A stretch of 64,000 bases of DNA, taken from contig PAPJ01000029.1 in assembly GCA_002709045.1 (NCBI GenBank), positions 1,057-65,056 on the forward strand, written 5' to 3'. Both the position numbers and the translations under genes were made by a program. Under the pieces are notes generated by a model. It did not search any database, was not told where the DNA came from, and saw only the letters and a list, made by a program, of their open reading frames with translations. Positions 9,642-19,842 of this stretch are shown here, in pieces. Position 1 is the first letter of the stretch, and every line of letters begins with the position of its first letter. The DNA is from Planctomycetaceae bacterium. Lineage in GTDB: Bacteria; Planctomycetota; Planctomycetia; Pirellulales; Pirellulaceae.

Positions 9642-11234
9642 CTATTCTTCTCCATCACCCTCACTAGGCTCTTCAGTTGACGTCTCTTGTTCGGCCGTAG
9701 TCTCCTCTACTGGAGGAGCATCCTCTGTTACGGCATCTTCAGCAGGCGATTCGTCTTGGGCTGCTGCTTCTGTCGAAGATTGTTCAGTGGGATAGTCATC
9801 ACTGTCTTCATCTCCCCCACTGAGAGTAATTACTTTGTAACCACCCTGTGATTTGTAGTAAAGTAACAGAGCAAGGAAGCCAACTCCCATTAACACAGGT
9901 ACGATAGCTGTTAATCGCAAGGCTTGACGAGAACCGTGATTATATGAATTTAGGATAGCTGTATGATTAACATTATCCTCGTTGTCAAGAGCATCCTGTT
10001 GCTTCACAGGATCGATCTCGCTGTAACTGTAGCCTAAAAATGAACTTGTCTTATCAAGAACATATTCAGTTGCTACTTCTGGTGCAGTGTCCTGCAGGTG
10101 TTTTGTCATTTCATTACTTTGTTGAGCACCAATCATTGTTGTTGCGCCAAGTCCCACGGTTAGCATCCCTGCGGCTCCTAGAGCACTCATGGCGACGGCA
10201 CCGCTTTGCGGGTAACGTTCTCCTGCTACAGCAAGCATGGTGGGCCATAAGAAGGCTTTACCAAGACTGTAAAGTGTTGCAGCCGCAAAAATTACTAATA
10301 CGCTTGTGGTATCCATACTCAACCAGAAAAGCCCCAAAACGGCAATCACGGAACTGGCTAATAACAATCCGATTGGGTTCAGTTTATGAGCAATTGGCCC
10401 GGCAAAGAATCTAAGTATAAACATGAGAATAGATGTGTAGATTAAAACGGTAACTGAGTTTTCTACAAGCCCTTCCATTAATCGTGTTTGCCAGCTATCA
10501 ACCCCAAGTTCCATATAACCGATCATGCCGTGAATAACGATCAACACGAGAAATGGAATTGAGGCAAAACAACTAAACAACACCGCAACGGACATATTAC
10601 TTTTACTGGTAACCGTTTCTGGAAAATTCTCTTTGAGACTCATCAGCAAAATGACGATCAGAACCAATGAATAGGATGAAAGTGCAATTTCCCAAGGGAC
10701 TTCAGCAATCCAGGCATCCTTGTTTTGGAAACAAGCAGCTAGCAAGCCGCCAAGCGCCATACCACCAGGCCATCCAGCATGCAGAATATTAAGGTAATGG
10801 GTTTGATTTTCGGGGTAAAGCTGACCCACAAGCGGGTTGATTACCGCTTCATATAGTCCGTTGCAGATAGAAAATATAAAAACACTTGCGGTCAACAAGG
10901 AAATGACTTTGTTTGTAGCATCCTCTTGTCCTAAATCCGCTAGCCATCCCTCATAAAGTGAAGGCGCGAGAAAAAGCATGATCGCACTGACAATGTGCAG
11001 GACAACAGAAAGTAGCATAACGGGCTTATAACCCAATAACTCAACAATGAAACCACCAACAAGAATGACAACTCCAAATCCCACAAAACCGGCACCCATA
11101 ATACCGCCAAATGCAGTTTGACTTATGCCCATTTCGGCCCAGGCGGAACCAGCAGCACCACGAGTTGCGAAACCAACACCAGCCGCCACTAGCGTCAGAA
11201 AACTCGCGATTAATAGTTTTTTACGATTGTCCAT
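9642..11234 (-). CDS. MFS-type transporter with acidic C-terminal tail
   Basis: 530 aa with about 12 hydrophobic helices. A roughly 60-aa D/E/T-rich cytoplasmic tail follows (…DEDSDDYPTEQSSTEAAAQDES…EGDGEE). The substrate is unknown. Confidence 0.75.
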   Translation of the reverse strand: MDNRKKLLIASFLTLVAAGVGFATRGAAGSAWAEMGISQTAFGGIMGAGFVGFGVVILVGGFIVELLGYKPVMLLSVVLHIVSAIMLFLAPSLYEGWLADLGQEDATNKVISLLTASVFIFSICNGLYEAVINPLVGQLYPENQTHYLNILHAGWPGGMALGGLLAACFQNKDAWIAEVPWEIALSSYSLVLIVILLMSLKENFPETVTSKSNMSVAVLFSCFASIPFLVLIVIHGMIGYMELGVDSWQTRLMEGLVENSVTVLIYTSILMFILRFFAGPIAHKLNPIGLLLASSVIAVLGLFWLSMDTTSVLVIFAAATLYSLGKAFLWPTMLAVAGERYPQSGAVAMSALGAAGMLTVGLGATTMIGAQQSNEMTKHLQDTAPEVATEYVLDKTSSFLGYSYSEIDPVKQQDALDNEDNVNHTAILNSYNHGSRQALRLTAIVPVLMGVGFLALLLYYKSQGGYKVITLSGGDEDSDDYPTEQSSTEAAAQDESPAEDAVTEDAPPVEETTAEQETSTEEPSEGDGEE

Positions 11235-11555
11235 TTTTTTACTTCCGAAAAGTATATCGAGATTCCTACAAACATACGACTTAGTAAGCCTACAAAATTT
11301 TTAATTGCTAGCATATAGCAATCATGAAAAACTGAGTTCCTGGTTTTTTATGTAGATTGACGCTCAATTGGTCTTTTTTGCTGGATGGAATATCATGGTT
11401 GACCTGAAATGATGGTTTGACATAGATTAACTGTTCTGCGGGAGAGATAACCGTGTGTTGTGCTTTTGGCTGAGGCAAGCCAGAGCATCGAATCAACAGC
11501 ACATTGCGTTTGCCTCTCATGATAAAAACGAAGGCTGACCGGTGAGTTCCCATGG

Positions 11556-12938
11556 ATGGGTTTGCACTTGCTGTGTCATGCAATGGAAACACCAATGAGG
11601 CAGTTAGGAAGGCCAGTGGTTGTTGCTTGGATCGTAATATTTGCGATTGCGCTCGCTTTGCGTTGTGGTGCCAGTGTCTATTGGCAGCAGCAGCAAGTGG
11701 ATCAAAATGCGTTTGCTTTTGGTGATTCATTTTCCTACTGGGTTTTGGGCCATCAAATCTATGAAGGCAATGAATATAAGTTCGGGGGCGATAATGCCAG
11801 AATTTCACGGGCTCCGGGATTCCCTATTTTGATTGCCGGTTGGCACTGGCTCTGCGACGGAAAGCCCTCGGTACTTTCCGTCCGCATCATGAATTCAATT
11901 TTGGGTGCTTTCACTGTTCTGGCGGTTGGTTGGTTGGCTACACTGCTCTTCAATCAACGTGTCGGACTTTATGCTGGCGTGCTTGCGGCTTCCTATCCAG
12001 GGGCTATTGCCATGAGTATTCTCATACTCAGCGAAGGCCCTTTTTGTTTGTTCATGTCACTGGAATTAGTGGCCCTGTATTACTGTTTTCTGTGGTCGGA
12101 TGGAAAGAAATCATCCAAAATGTGGGCGGCGATCTTTGTTGGTGTTAATGCGGCGATTGCAGTACTGATTCGTCCTAGTTGGTTGCTTTATACCCCTGCT
12201 CTTTTGGCTGTCATTTGTTTGACTGGAAAACAGCGTCTTCGCAATTTCGGATTTGCCGTTATCGGAGTTTTGGGATTTGTCGTGGTAATGATGCCCTGGT
12301 GGATTCGCAATCATCAGGTGACGGGGCGTTTTGTGCCAACGACATTACAGGTGGGCGCCAGTCTTTATGACGGACTTCGTCCTGATGCTGATGGTGCAAG
12401 TGACATGTCTTTTATGCAGGACTTTTATCATCAGCAAACTCTGCAAGATACTTTGGCTGAAGCGCCACCAATGGATACATACGAATATCGTTTGAACGCC
12501 CGTCTGCGTGACGCTTCGCTTCAGTGGGCGCGTGAGAATCCATCAGAAGTATTTCGTCTGGCGGGTGTGAAGTTCATTCGAATGTGGAATATCTTTCCTA
12601 ATTCCGATTCTGTTGGCTCAGGTGTCAGCCGCCTGGTCATCTCCCTTGGTTATTTTGGCATTATGTCGCTCACTTTGTTGGCTGTGATTTCAAAGATTCG
12701 TAAGAAATCACAGTCAACCGAAGGAACGAAGCAGGCATCATGGCACAGTGTTGTTCTTTGTAGCTCTCCCGCAGTCTACTTCACAGCCTTGCATATGGTG
12801 TTTGTTAGTTCCATTCGCTATCGCCAGCCAGCCGTGCTGATTCTGTCAGTACTGGCTGGTGCTGGTGTGGCCTATTGTGTTTCACGTTTTACTTTAAGTA
12901 CAACTGAGCCTGTGCCAGAAGGAGGGCGTGATGGATAA
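11556..12938 (+). CDS. GT39/PMT_2 (ArnT-like) polytopic membrane glycosyltransferase
   Basis: 460 aa with many TM helices. The first periplasmic loop has FGDSFSYW and RAPGFPILIAGW, resembling the ArnT/PMT_2 family. The start may be an internal Met (METPMRQ). Confidence 0.7.
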   Translation: MGLHLLCHAMETPMRQLGRPVVVAWIVIFAIALALRCGASVYWQQQQVDQNAFAFGDSFSYWVLGHQIYEGNEYKFGGDNARISRAPGFPILIAGWHWLCDGKPSVLSVRIMNSILGAFTVLAVGWLATLLFNQRVGLYAGVLAASYPGAIAMSILILSEGPFCLFMSLELVALYYCFLWSDGKKSSKMWAAIFVGVNAAIAVLIRPSWLLYTPALLAVICLTGKQRLRNFGFAVIGVLGFVVVMMPWWIRNHQVTGRFVPTTLQVGASLYDGLRPDADGASDMSFMQDFYHQQTLQDTLAEAPPMDTYEYRLNARLRDASLQWARENPSEVFRLAGVKFIRMWNIFPNSDSVGSGVSRLVISLGYFGIMSLTLLAVISKIRKKSQSTEGTKQASWHSVVLCSSPAVYFTALHMVFVSSIRYRQPAVLILSVLAGAGVAYCVSRFTLSTTEPVPEGGRDG

Positions 12939-15900
12939 ACCAAAACGAACTCCTGTTAACCTCACGCCTAAGGGTGGTGGTTTTCTACATCGCTGGATTC
13001 GAAAATTTGCAGTTTTGGTATCGTTGTTAGCAGCATTGCTGGTTGTTGGTCACCCCTGGATCGGGTCTCGTGTTGATGAAGAGATTCATGCTCAGTTGCT
13101 GGCCGCAGTAAAGAAGGCGATGCCGACAGCGATTGTTAATGTGGATTCCGTTGTTCGCCGTGGTAACAGTGGAATTGTAGTGACTGGTTTGGAGGTGCTA
13201 TTGCCTTCAGGTCCGGAGGCAATAGCACCTGCTATGCAAGACAACCGCAAGGCGGATGGTGCAGCCAGATCATTTACCCGACTTCCGGTCATTGAGCTTG
13301 ACCGGCTGGAACTAATTGGCAGAACTGACTATGGCACTCTGTTAACAGATAAACCTGTCTTTAGTGAAGTGAAGTTGACAGGCGGTAAACTGCGTGTTGT
13401 ACGTGCATCTGACGGTAATTTGAACCTGCTACGGTTGCTTGAAGGCTTTGGCATTACTGAATTTACTCCGAAAGAAATTCCAACGGTTAGATTGTCAGCG
13501 ATGGAGGTGTTGTTGGCGGATGCTCAGCAACTGGGTTCGCAGGAATTATCGCTTATGCTGACTGACGGAGTTATTGTGCAAAAGCCAAGGGAACAGGTGT
13601 TTCAGAATGACGATGTGGCAGTACGAGCCTTAAATTTATTGGAAGTGCGCCTGCAGTTTGAAACAGAATTGGCATCAGGCTTACAGATTGAGGGAGCGAT
13701 TTCGTTGGACAATCACCCTTCTCTGCTAAACGCTCGAGTAGACGGGTTGGTACTGGATGAACGGCTGCTGGAGTATTTGCCGGTTGATGTTCTTGATCAG
13801 CTACCGGCAGGTATGGGGTTCCGGGGAGAAGCTCAATTTGCTATGCAGTTGCGCACGCAGATTGATTTGGATGAGAGCGGCCGGTCAAACTGGTCTTACG
13901 ACTGGGTTGCAGCGGGGGTCTTAAGTAATGGATTTTATTCAGACCGACGTTTGCCTACTCCGATTACGGACATCTCTGGTACGGTGACTTGGCAGGGAGA
14001 TGAAATTCGTTGTGAAAGGCTCAACGGGCGTTTGGCCAATTCGCCGTTAACCGGCAGTATTCGGATTCAGAGGTTGAGTTCAGAACCGGCCGTCAAAGCT
14101 ACACTACGCGCAGAGAACTTGCAGGTTGATGAGACACTTGCTCAGGGACTGACGGGCAATGGAAAACTTGAATCAGTATCACGCATCTTTGAGATGTATT
14201 CGCCCAGAGGTACCACAGGTTTACACTTGACGTATGATTCGGCAGGTTTACATCCACAAACCGATATTGTTCTGGATGTTCATGATATGGACATTACCTA
14301 TTGGAAATTTCCATACCCCTTTCATAAAGTTTCCGGTCGTATTCTGGTTTCGAACAAAGACGTCGAATTACAGCAAGTCGAAGCTTATACTCATGGACAG
14401 CGATTCGAGATTCAGGGAAACCTGAAAGATGCTATTGATTTTCCCAAAGGATGGATCCAGGTAACCGCTGATGGTGCAGTCCCTCTGGACACGGAGTTGA
14501 TTCAGGCTTTGGATTCTAAAACGCGGCGCACGATTGATGTGCTTCGACCGACAGGACTTGTCTGGCTAAAGCGACTTCGAAATGAATATTCCGGAGATAA
14601 ATATAACCCGCAGCGTGAAATCGATATTGAAGTTAAGTCCGGCACAGTTAGTTATGCGCAGTTTCCCTATCCGATTCACCGCGTAGAGGGTGAACTTCAT
14701 CTTCGCTCAGGGGTCTGGAGATTTGAAGATTTCAGCGGTTACAAAGGAAACTCATATATCCAGTTGCATGGTTCGCTGACCCCTTTGGCCGATGGCGACA
14801 GCAAGTTGAATTTGGAGCTGACCGGTACGGATGTGGATCTGGATGAAGAACTACGCACCGCCTTTTCTGTAAAGAACAGAAATGTGACAGAGCTTTGGGA
14901 TCAACTGCAACCGCAGGGAGCACTGGATCATCTGACGATGAAAATTGAAAAATATAAATCTCGTGAGAAACCGAGTTTATATATTCGCGGGAAGAAATGG
15001 GTGCCGGATGAAAGTTTCGCCACTTCCCGAGTACAGATCAACCCGGCCTGGTTCCCATATGCAGTGGATGAATTGACTGGCGAGTTCGTCATTCATGACG
15101 GTCATGTTCAATTGTTAGATGTTCGCGGTAAGCATGATGAAACAGAATTTGTGTTTGATGCTGTTAGTCACTTTAACCCGGATGGTGGCTGGGATCTGGC
15201 AATTGAACACCTGAGTATCGATCGTTTGGCATTCGATAAGGATCTGCTTAGTGCTTTACCGGAGTCACTTTCTAAAGGTCTTAAGTCATTGGATTTGGTA
15301 GGTCAACTGCAGATCGCCGGGGGTATGAAATTTGTAAAACCGATTGGTGGTCAATTGCAGTCTAATTGGGATGTGCGAGTAGGCGCAGCCGGCGCGGCAT
15401 TTACATGCGGTCCCCGATTTAACGGAGTCTATGGTTCCGTCTTATTAAACGGCATGAGCGATCGACAGGGTTTTCGTTCGAAGGCATGGTTGGATATCGA
15501 TTCGATGATGTGGGGGGACGAGCAGCTGACCAAGTTGTCGGGTCCGGTCTGGGTGGATTCTAAACAATTGTTAGTTGGACGTTGGGCCAGTATTGCACAG
15601 TCCAGGTATGAAGCTGCCGATCAGCAGCAGGACTTGCAAGTTGTGCGTCAGCCACGTCAGGACGCACAAAGTATTCTGGCTAGAACTGCCGGTGGATTGC
15701 TGGGAGTCGACCTGCAACTGCAGTTCGTAAATAAGTTGCGAATTGAGTCTGGCGTCGATCGCGTGGTTAGTCGATCAGCGGACCGTTTTCTGCTACAGGC
15801 ATCATTGTCGGGAGCGGATTTGGGATACTTGATGCGGCAGCATGATGTAAAAGAAAAGGCCGGTGGGCGAATCAACGGTGCTGCGCGTTTGCGAGGTGAG

Positions 15901-16392
15901 GTTGGAGATCGCTCAACTTGGTCCGGCGAAGGCCGAATTCGCCTGGTCGACGCCGATATTTATCAGTTACCACTGATGGTGGCCTTGTTAAGTAATTTGG
16001 GAGGAAATAAGGAGCGGGGAGCGTTTTCCTCGAGTGAAGTTGATTTCAGGATTAAGTCGGAACGGTTTATAATGGATCGCATTGCTCTGGAGGGTGATGC
16101 GGTGAGTCTCTATGGCGATGGCTGGATGTCTTTTGATAAAGAAATCAATATGGATTTCTACTCCATAGTGGGACGCCAGCGTATTGCGATTCCACTGATT
16201 AATCAGGTGGTTGCAGAGGCAAGTAAGGGACTGCTCAGAATTGATGTGGCCGGTTCACTGGACAAGCCTCAGGTCAACGGCACAGCTTTCCCTGAACTCG
16301 ACGGTACTATGGAGCGTATTCTGCATGACTTGAATACGCGTATTGCCCGACCGCTACCCAACGGCCAGCAACCGCTCATACAACTAAGGTAA
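12931..16392 (+). CDS. large membrane-anchored AsmA/TamB-like protein (putative envelope lipid-transfer or assembly factor)
   Basis: About 1153 aa. AGGAGG lies 6 nt upstream of ATG 12931, and an in-frame GTG lies at 12928. The gene overlaps the stop of the upstream GT39 gene. It has a single N-terminal TM helix and a long beta-rich body. The C-terminal block (…IALEGDAVSLYGDGWMSFDKEINMDFY…RIDVAGSLDKPQV) resembles AsmA-like C-termini. Confidence 0.55.
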   Translation: MDKPKRTPVNLTPKGGGFLHRWIRKFAVLVSLLAALLVVGHPWIGSRVDEEIHAQLLAAVKKAMPTAIVNVDSVVRRGNSGIVVTGLEVLLPSGPEAIAPAMQDNRKADGAARSFTRLPVIELDRLELIGRTDYGTLLTDKPVFSEVKLTGGKLRVVRASDGNLNLLRLLEGFGITEFTPKEIPTVRLSAMEVLLADAQQLGSQELSLMLTDGVIVQKPREQVFQNDDVAVRALNLLEVRLQFETELASGLQIEGAISLDNHPSLLNARVDGLVLDERLLEYLPVDVLDQLPAGMGFRGEAQFAMQLRTQIDLDESGRSNWSYDWVAAGVLSNGFYSDRRLPTPITDISGTVTWQGDEIRCERLNGRLANSPLTGSIRIQRLSSEPAVKATLRAENLQVDETLAQGLTGNGKLESVSRIFEMYSPRGTTGLHLTYDSAGLHPQTDIVLDVHDMDITYWKFPYPFHKVSGRILVSNKDVELQQVEAYTHGQRFEIQGNLKDAIDFPKGWIQVTADGAVPLDTELIQALDSKTRRTIDVLRPTGLVWLKRLRNEYSGDKYNPQREIDIEVKSGTVSYAQFPYPIHRVEGELHLRSGVWRFEDFSGYKGNSYIQLHGSLTPLADGDSKLNLELTGTDVDLDEELRTAFSVKNRNVTELWDQLQPQGALDHLTMKIEKYKSREKPSLYIRGKKWVPDESFATSRVQINPAWFPYAVDELTGEFVIHDGHVQLLDVRGKHDETEFVFDAVSHFNPDGGWDLAIEHLSIDRLAFDKDLLSALPESLSKGLKSLDLVGQLQIAGGMKFVKPIGGQLQSNWDVRVGAAGAAFTCGPRFNGVYGSVLLNGMSDRQGFRSKAWLDIDSMMWGDEQLTKLSGPVWVDSKQLLVGRWASIAQSRYEAADQQQDLQVVRQPRQDAQSILARTAGGLLGVDLQLQFVNKLRIESGVDRVVSRSADRFLLQASLSGADLGYLMRQHDVKEKAGGRINGAARLRGEVGDRSTWSGEGRIRLVDADIYQLPLMVALLSNLGGNKERGAFSSSEVDFRIKSERFIMDRIALEGDAVSLYGDGWMSFDKEINMDFYSIVGRQRIAIPLINQVVAEASKGLLRIDVAGSLDKPQVNGTAFPELDGTMERILHDLNTRIARPLPNGQQPLIQLR

Positions 16393-16413
16393 GACGCAAC
16401 AGGATTAAGGAAA

Positions 16414-17250
16414 ATGAAGTTTACAAAAATGCATGGTGCCGGAAATGACTATGTTTACATTAATGCATTTGAAGAATCGCTGCCGGCTGATTTGTCTGCT
16501 TTAGCCGTTGCCATGTCGCATCGGCATTTTGGTATTGGTGCGGATGGGCTGATCGTGATTCATTCTTCTGATATCGCGGATGCTCGAATGCAAATGTTTA
16601 ATGCAGACGGCAGTGAATCGGAAATGTGTGGTAATGGGATTCGTTGCGTAGCCAAATATGTTTACGATCATGGAATTTGTCGGAAAGAATCGCTGACTAT
16701 TGAAACCGGAGCCGGTGTGTTATCACTGGAAGTGGAAGCTGTCGAGGGAAAAGTAGAGCGTGTTCGCGTGGATATGGGCGAGCCGGTTCTGGAAGCGGCA
16801 CAGATTCCAACAACCTTTGACAGAACACCGGTCGCCGACCAGACATTGGAAGTTGACGGGCAGTCCTTTCAGGTAACTTGTGTATCGATGGGCAATCCAC
16901 ACTGCGTGATTTATGTGCAAGAGGCAACGGACGATTTAGTATTGGGAGTAGGACCGAAAATAGAAAATCATCCGGCCTTTCCTGCCCGTGTGAATGTTGA
17001 ATTCATTGAAGTCAAGTCGTCCGCTAAAGTAAGCCAGCGAACCTGGGAGCGTGGCTCAGGCGAAACCTGGGCATGTGGTACCGGAGCCAGCGCTGTATGC
17101 GTTGCCGGAGTACTGACCGGGAGAACAGATAGACGGATTCTAAATCATCTGCTTGGCGGTGATCTGGAGTTGTATTGGGACGAAGAAACAAACCATGTCT
17201 TTATGACCGGACCGGCGACAGAAGTTTATAGCGGTCAATGGCCTTTGTGA
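16414..17250 (+). CDS. dapF: diaminopimelate epimerase
   Basis: 278 aa with [11 protein letters not shown] and both catalytic Cys motifs (MCGNGIRC and WACGTGAS). Confidence 0.95.
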   Translation: MKFTKMHGAGNDYVYINAFEESLPADLSALAVAMSHRHFGIGADGLIVIHSSDIADARMQMFNADGSESEMCGNGIRCVAKYVYDHGICRKESLTIETGAGVLSLEVEAVEGKVERVRVDMGEPVLEAAQIPTTFDRTPVADQTLEVDGQSFQVTCVSMGNPHCVIYVQEATDDLVLGVGPKIENHPAFPARVNVEFIEVKSSAKVSQRTWERGSGETWACGTGASAVCVAGVLTGRTDRRILNHLLGGDLELYWDEETNHVFMTGPATEVYSGQWPL

Positions 17251-17306
17251 AACTGATCTTAAACTGGAAATTGGAAAAATAGTGTGTCGCAAGGATGTAA
17301 CACGAA

Positions 17307-18032
17307 ATGAAAATTGATGCTCCCTGGATAATGCGACTTGGCGGGTTTGGTCTAACCCGACTTATGCGCAGTTGGATGGGGACACTGAAATATCAAATGC
17401 ATCGAGAGGAGCCTTTGGTCGATCCAGTTGTTGATGGATTTGAAGGCCCGAATATCTATTTATTCTGGCATGAATACATTCCCATCCCGTTCTATCTGCG
17501 CGGACGATGTAACATCACCATGTTGTTAAGTCGGCATCGGGATGCAGAATGGTTATCGCATGCGGCACGCTACATGGGATTCGGCACAGTACGAGGAAGT
17601 TCATCACGCGGTGGCGTGGCCAGCCTGAAAAAACTGCTGAAGGTCGGCCGGGAGATGAATCTAACGATGACTCCCGATGGTCCGCGAGGTCCACGTCGCG
17701 TTTTGGCTCCGGGATGTATTTATTTGGCATCACGTTTGCAAATCCCTCTGGTGTGCCTCGGTTTTGGCTATAAATCCTGCTGGCGAATGGAAAAAGCCTG
17801 GGATCGTTTTGCCATTCCCAAACCCTTTACACAGACACGGATGATGATTGGTCGTCGTATTCATGTCCCGGAAAAATTAGATCGTGATGGTATCGAACAT
17901 TATCGTCAGTTAGTCCAGGATGTTCTTGAGCAAAAGACGGCCTGTGCTGAGCACTGGGCTAAAACCGGATCCTTTCTTGAAGGACAGCAAGTTTTGCTGC
18001 CGAAGCCCGGAAGCTTCCGTCGGGCAGCCTAA
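17307..18032 (+). CDS. DUF374-type lysophospholipid acyltransferase family protein
   Basis: 241 aa. The blocks YLFWHEYI…, SRHRDAEW and TPDGPRGP are as remembered for DUF374/LPLAT-like proteins. Confidence 0.65.
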   Translation: MKIDAPWIMRLGGFGLTRLMRSWMGTLKYQMHREEPLVDPVVDGFEGPNIYLFWHEYIPIPFYLRGRCNITMLLSRHRDAEWLSHAARYMGFGTVRGSSSRGGVASLKKLLKVGREMNLTMTPDGPRGPRRVLAPGCIYLASRLQIPLVCLGFGYKSCWRMEKAWDRFAIPKPFTQTRMMIGRRIHVPEKLDRDGIEHYRQLVQDVLEQKTACAEHWAKTGSFLEGQQVLLPKPGSFRRAA

Positions 18033-18076
18033 TCAACATGCATTGGGTCACAGTTTTAGTATATTGAAGGTACGAG

Positions 18077-19405
18077 TTGTCGAGATCATCGGGATACTCT
18101 GTACAAGCCGGCATGAAAGGCTCGCCTTCGACAATGAATGACCAATTTTTATATCGCGATATCGATCAGCAGGATAATCCGGAGCCCGATCCGCCTCAGA
18201 TTTTGTCCGTCAGTGAATTGAATACAGCAGCCAAAGACTTGCTGGGCACTGCTTTTGGTGATATTTGGGTTGCTGGTGAGGTTTCAGATTTATCCAGACC
18301 CAGTTCAGGCCATCTTTACTTCAGCCTGAAAGATGAGGATGCTACGATTCGTGCGGTTGTCTGGCGTAGTACCGCTGCGCGGCTCCCGTTTCAAATAGAA
18401 GATGGTCAACAGTTGATTTGTCGTGGCAAGATTGATTTATACGTTGTTCGCGGTAGTTATCAGTTGGTCGTTAAGCAAGCTGAACCCCAGGGGCTTGGCA
18501 ACCTGCAGTTAGCATTTGAGCAAATTAAGCGTCAGTTAGCTACAGAAGGACTTTTTGATGAAGAACATAAACAGCCAATTCCCTGGCTGCCTCGAAAAAT
18601 TGCCTTTGTAACCAGTCCTTCCGGTGCCGCGATACGTGATTTTCTGGAGGTTCTTCGGCGGCGTTGGAGTAATGTACAAGTCATGGTGATTCCGACTCGT
18701 GTTCAGGGAGCAGGAGCCTCGGCTGAAATCGCAGCTGGTATTCGGACTGTCAATGCTCTGACAGATGCTCCGGATCTTCTGGTTATAGGTCGTGGTGGAG
18801 GTAGTATGGAAGATCTCTGGTGTTTCAACGAAGAAGAGGTAGTGCGAGCAGTTTTTGCCAGCGAAATTCCGGTAATTTCCGCTGTTGGACATGAGATCGA
18901 TGTGACGCTTTCAGATTTAGTTGCAGACCGCCGTGCGTTGACTCCTTCTGAGGCAGCTGAATTAGCGGTGCCATCCGAGTCCGATGTACGCAGGCTACTT
19001 GAAACCGCTCAGCAAAGACTGGTGACAACTTTACAAAGTCGTGTGGTACAGGCTCGGCAACAGTTAATTACTCTGGCTTCTCGCCCGGTATTGAAACGTC
19101 CACATGATTTGACAGAGCAAAGAGCTCGCCTGGTAGATGACTGGGAACAACGTCTTACACGAGTTATTTACGATCGTCTTGACCACGGCAAAGAAAGAAT
19201 CTCATTAGCCACAGCAGGCTTAAATGCTTTAAATCCGCTTGGCGTTTTACATCGTGGTTACAGTGTCACTCAGGATGCATCAGGAAGTATTATTCATAAT
19301 GTTTCCGACGTCGAGAACGGTGAGGAACTTGTGACACGTGTCATTGGTGGGAAAATATACAGTACGATCCATTCAAGTGAAGTAATCAAAGAGACTGAAT
19401 CTTAA
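18077..19405 (+). CDS. xseA: exodeoxyribonuclease VII large subunit
   Basis: OB-fold N-terminus (LSVSELNTAAKDLL…VWVAGEVSDLSRPSSGHLYFSLKD) and catalytic core GRGGGSMEDLWCFNEE. The true start may be a later Met (for example 18134). Confidence 0.9.
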   Translation: MSRSSGYSVQAGMKGSPSTMNDQFLYRDIDQQDNPEPDPPQILSVSELNTAAKDLLGTAFGDIWVAGEVSDLSRPSSGHLYFSLKDEDATIRAVVWRSTAARLPFQIEDGQQLICRGKIDLYVVRGSYQLVVKQAEPQGLGNLQLAFEQIKRQLATEGLFDEEHKQPIPWLPRKIAFVTSPSGAAIRDFLEVLRRRWSNVQVMVIPTRVQGAGASAEIAAGIRTVNALTDAPDLLVIGRGGGSMEDLWCFNEEEVVRAVFASEIPVISAVGHEIDVTLSDLVADRRALTPSEAAELAVPSESDVRRLLETAQQRLVTTLQSRVVQARQQLITLASRPVLKRPHDLTEQRARLVDDWEQRLTRVIYDRLDHGKERISLATAGLNALNPLGVLHRGYSVTQDASGSIIHNVSDVENGEELVTRVIGGKIYSTIHSSEVIKETES

Positions 19406-19770
19406 TGGATAGCAATCCAGCAGGGGGAAAGGGGCAACCCATGGGAAAAAAGAAACCGCAGCAGGAATTAACGTTTGAGCAGGCTCTGGAAGGACTTGAA
19501 GAGATCGTGGCTCAACTGGAAAATGGCCAGTTGGGCCTGTCGGAAGCTCTCGAATGCTATCAGCAGGGCGTTGGCTTATTAAAGCATTGTCACGAAGCAT
19601 TAGCTGGTGCAGAGCGAAAGATCGAGTTGCTGACAGGAGTGGATACCGATGGGAATCCGATTACCGAAGAATTTGAAGATGAACAGTCGACATTGCAGGA
19701 AAAACAGGCTTCCCGATCCCGCCGCCGGTCTGCCGGTGAGGATATAGACGAGTCTGGAGACCTGTTTTAG
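19405..19770 (+). CDS. xseB: exodeoxyribonuclease VII small subunit
   Basis: Core LTFEQALEGLEEIVAQLENGQLGLSEALECYQQG. The start overlaps the xseA stop (TAATG). It is longer than typical because of N- and C-terminal charged extensions. Confidence 0.9.
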   Translation: MDSNPAGGKGQPMGKKKPQQELTFEQALEGLEEIVAQLENGQLGLSEALECYQQGVGLLKHCHEALAGAERKIELLTGVDTDGNPITEEFEDEQSTLQEKQASRSRRRSAGEDIDESGDLF

Positions 19771-19842
19771 ATTAAGGGTTTGTTCTTACGTTAATTTACA
19801 ACGTGTGCCGGCGTTAATATTTCAACAGAATTCGAGTTTCCT

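Noticed and set aside
11308-11808. 166-aa minus-strand ORF spanning the MFS/GT39 divergent spacer
   Set aside because: It overlaps the 5' end of the well-supported GT39 gene in antisense. Its composition is His/Gln/Lys-rich and non-protein-like.
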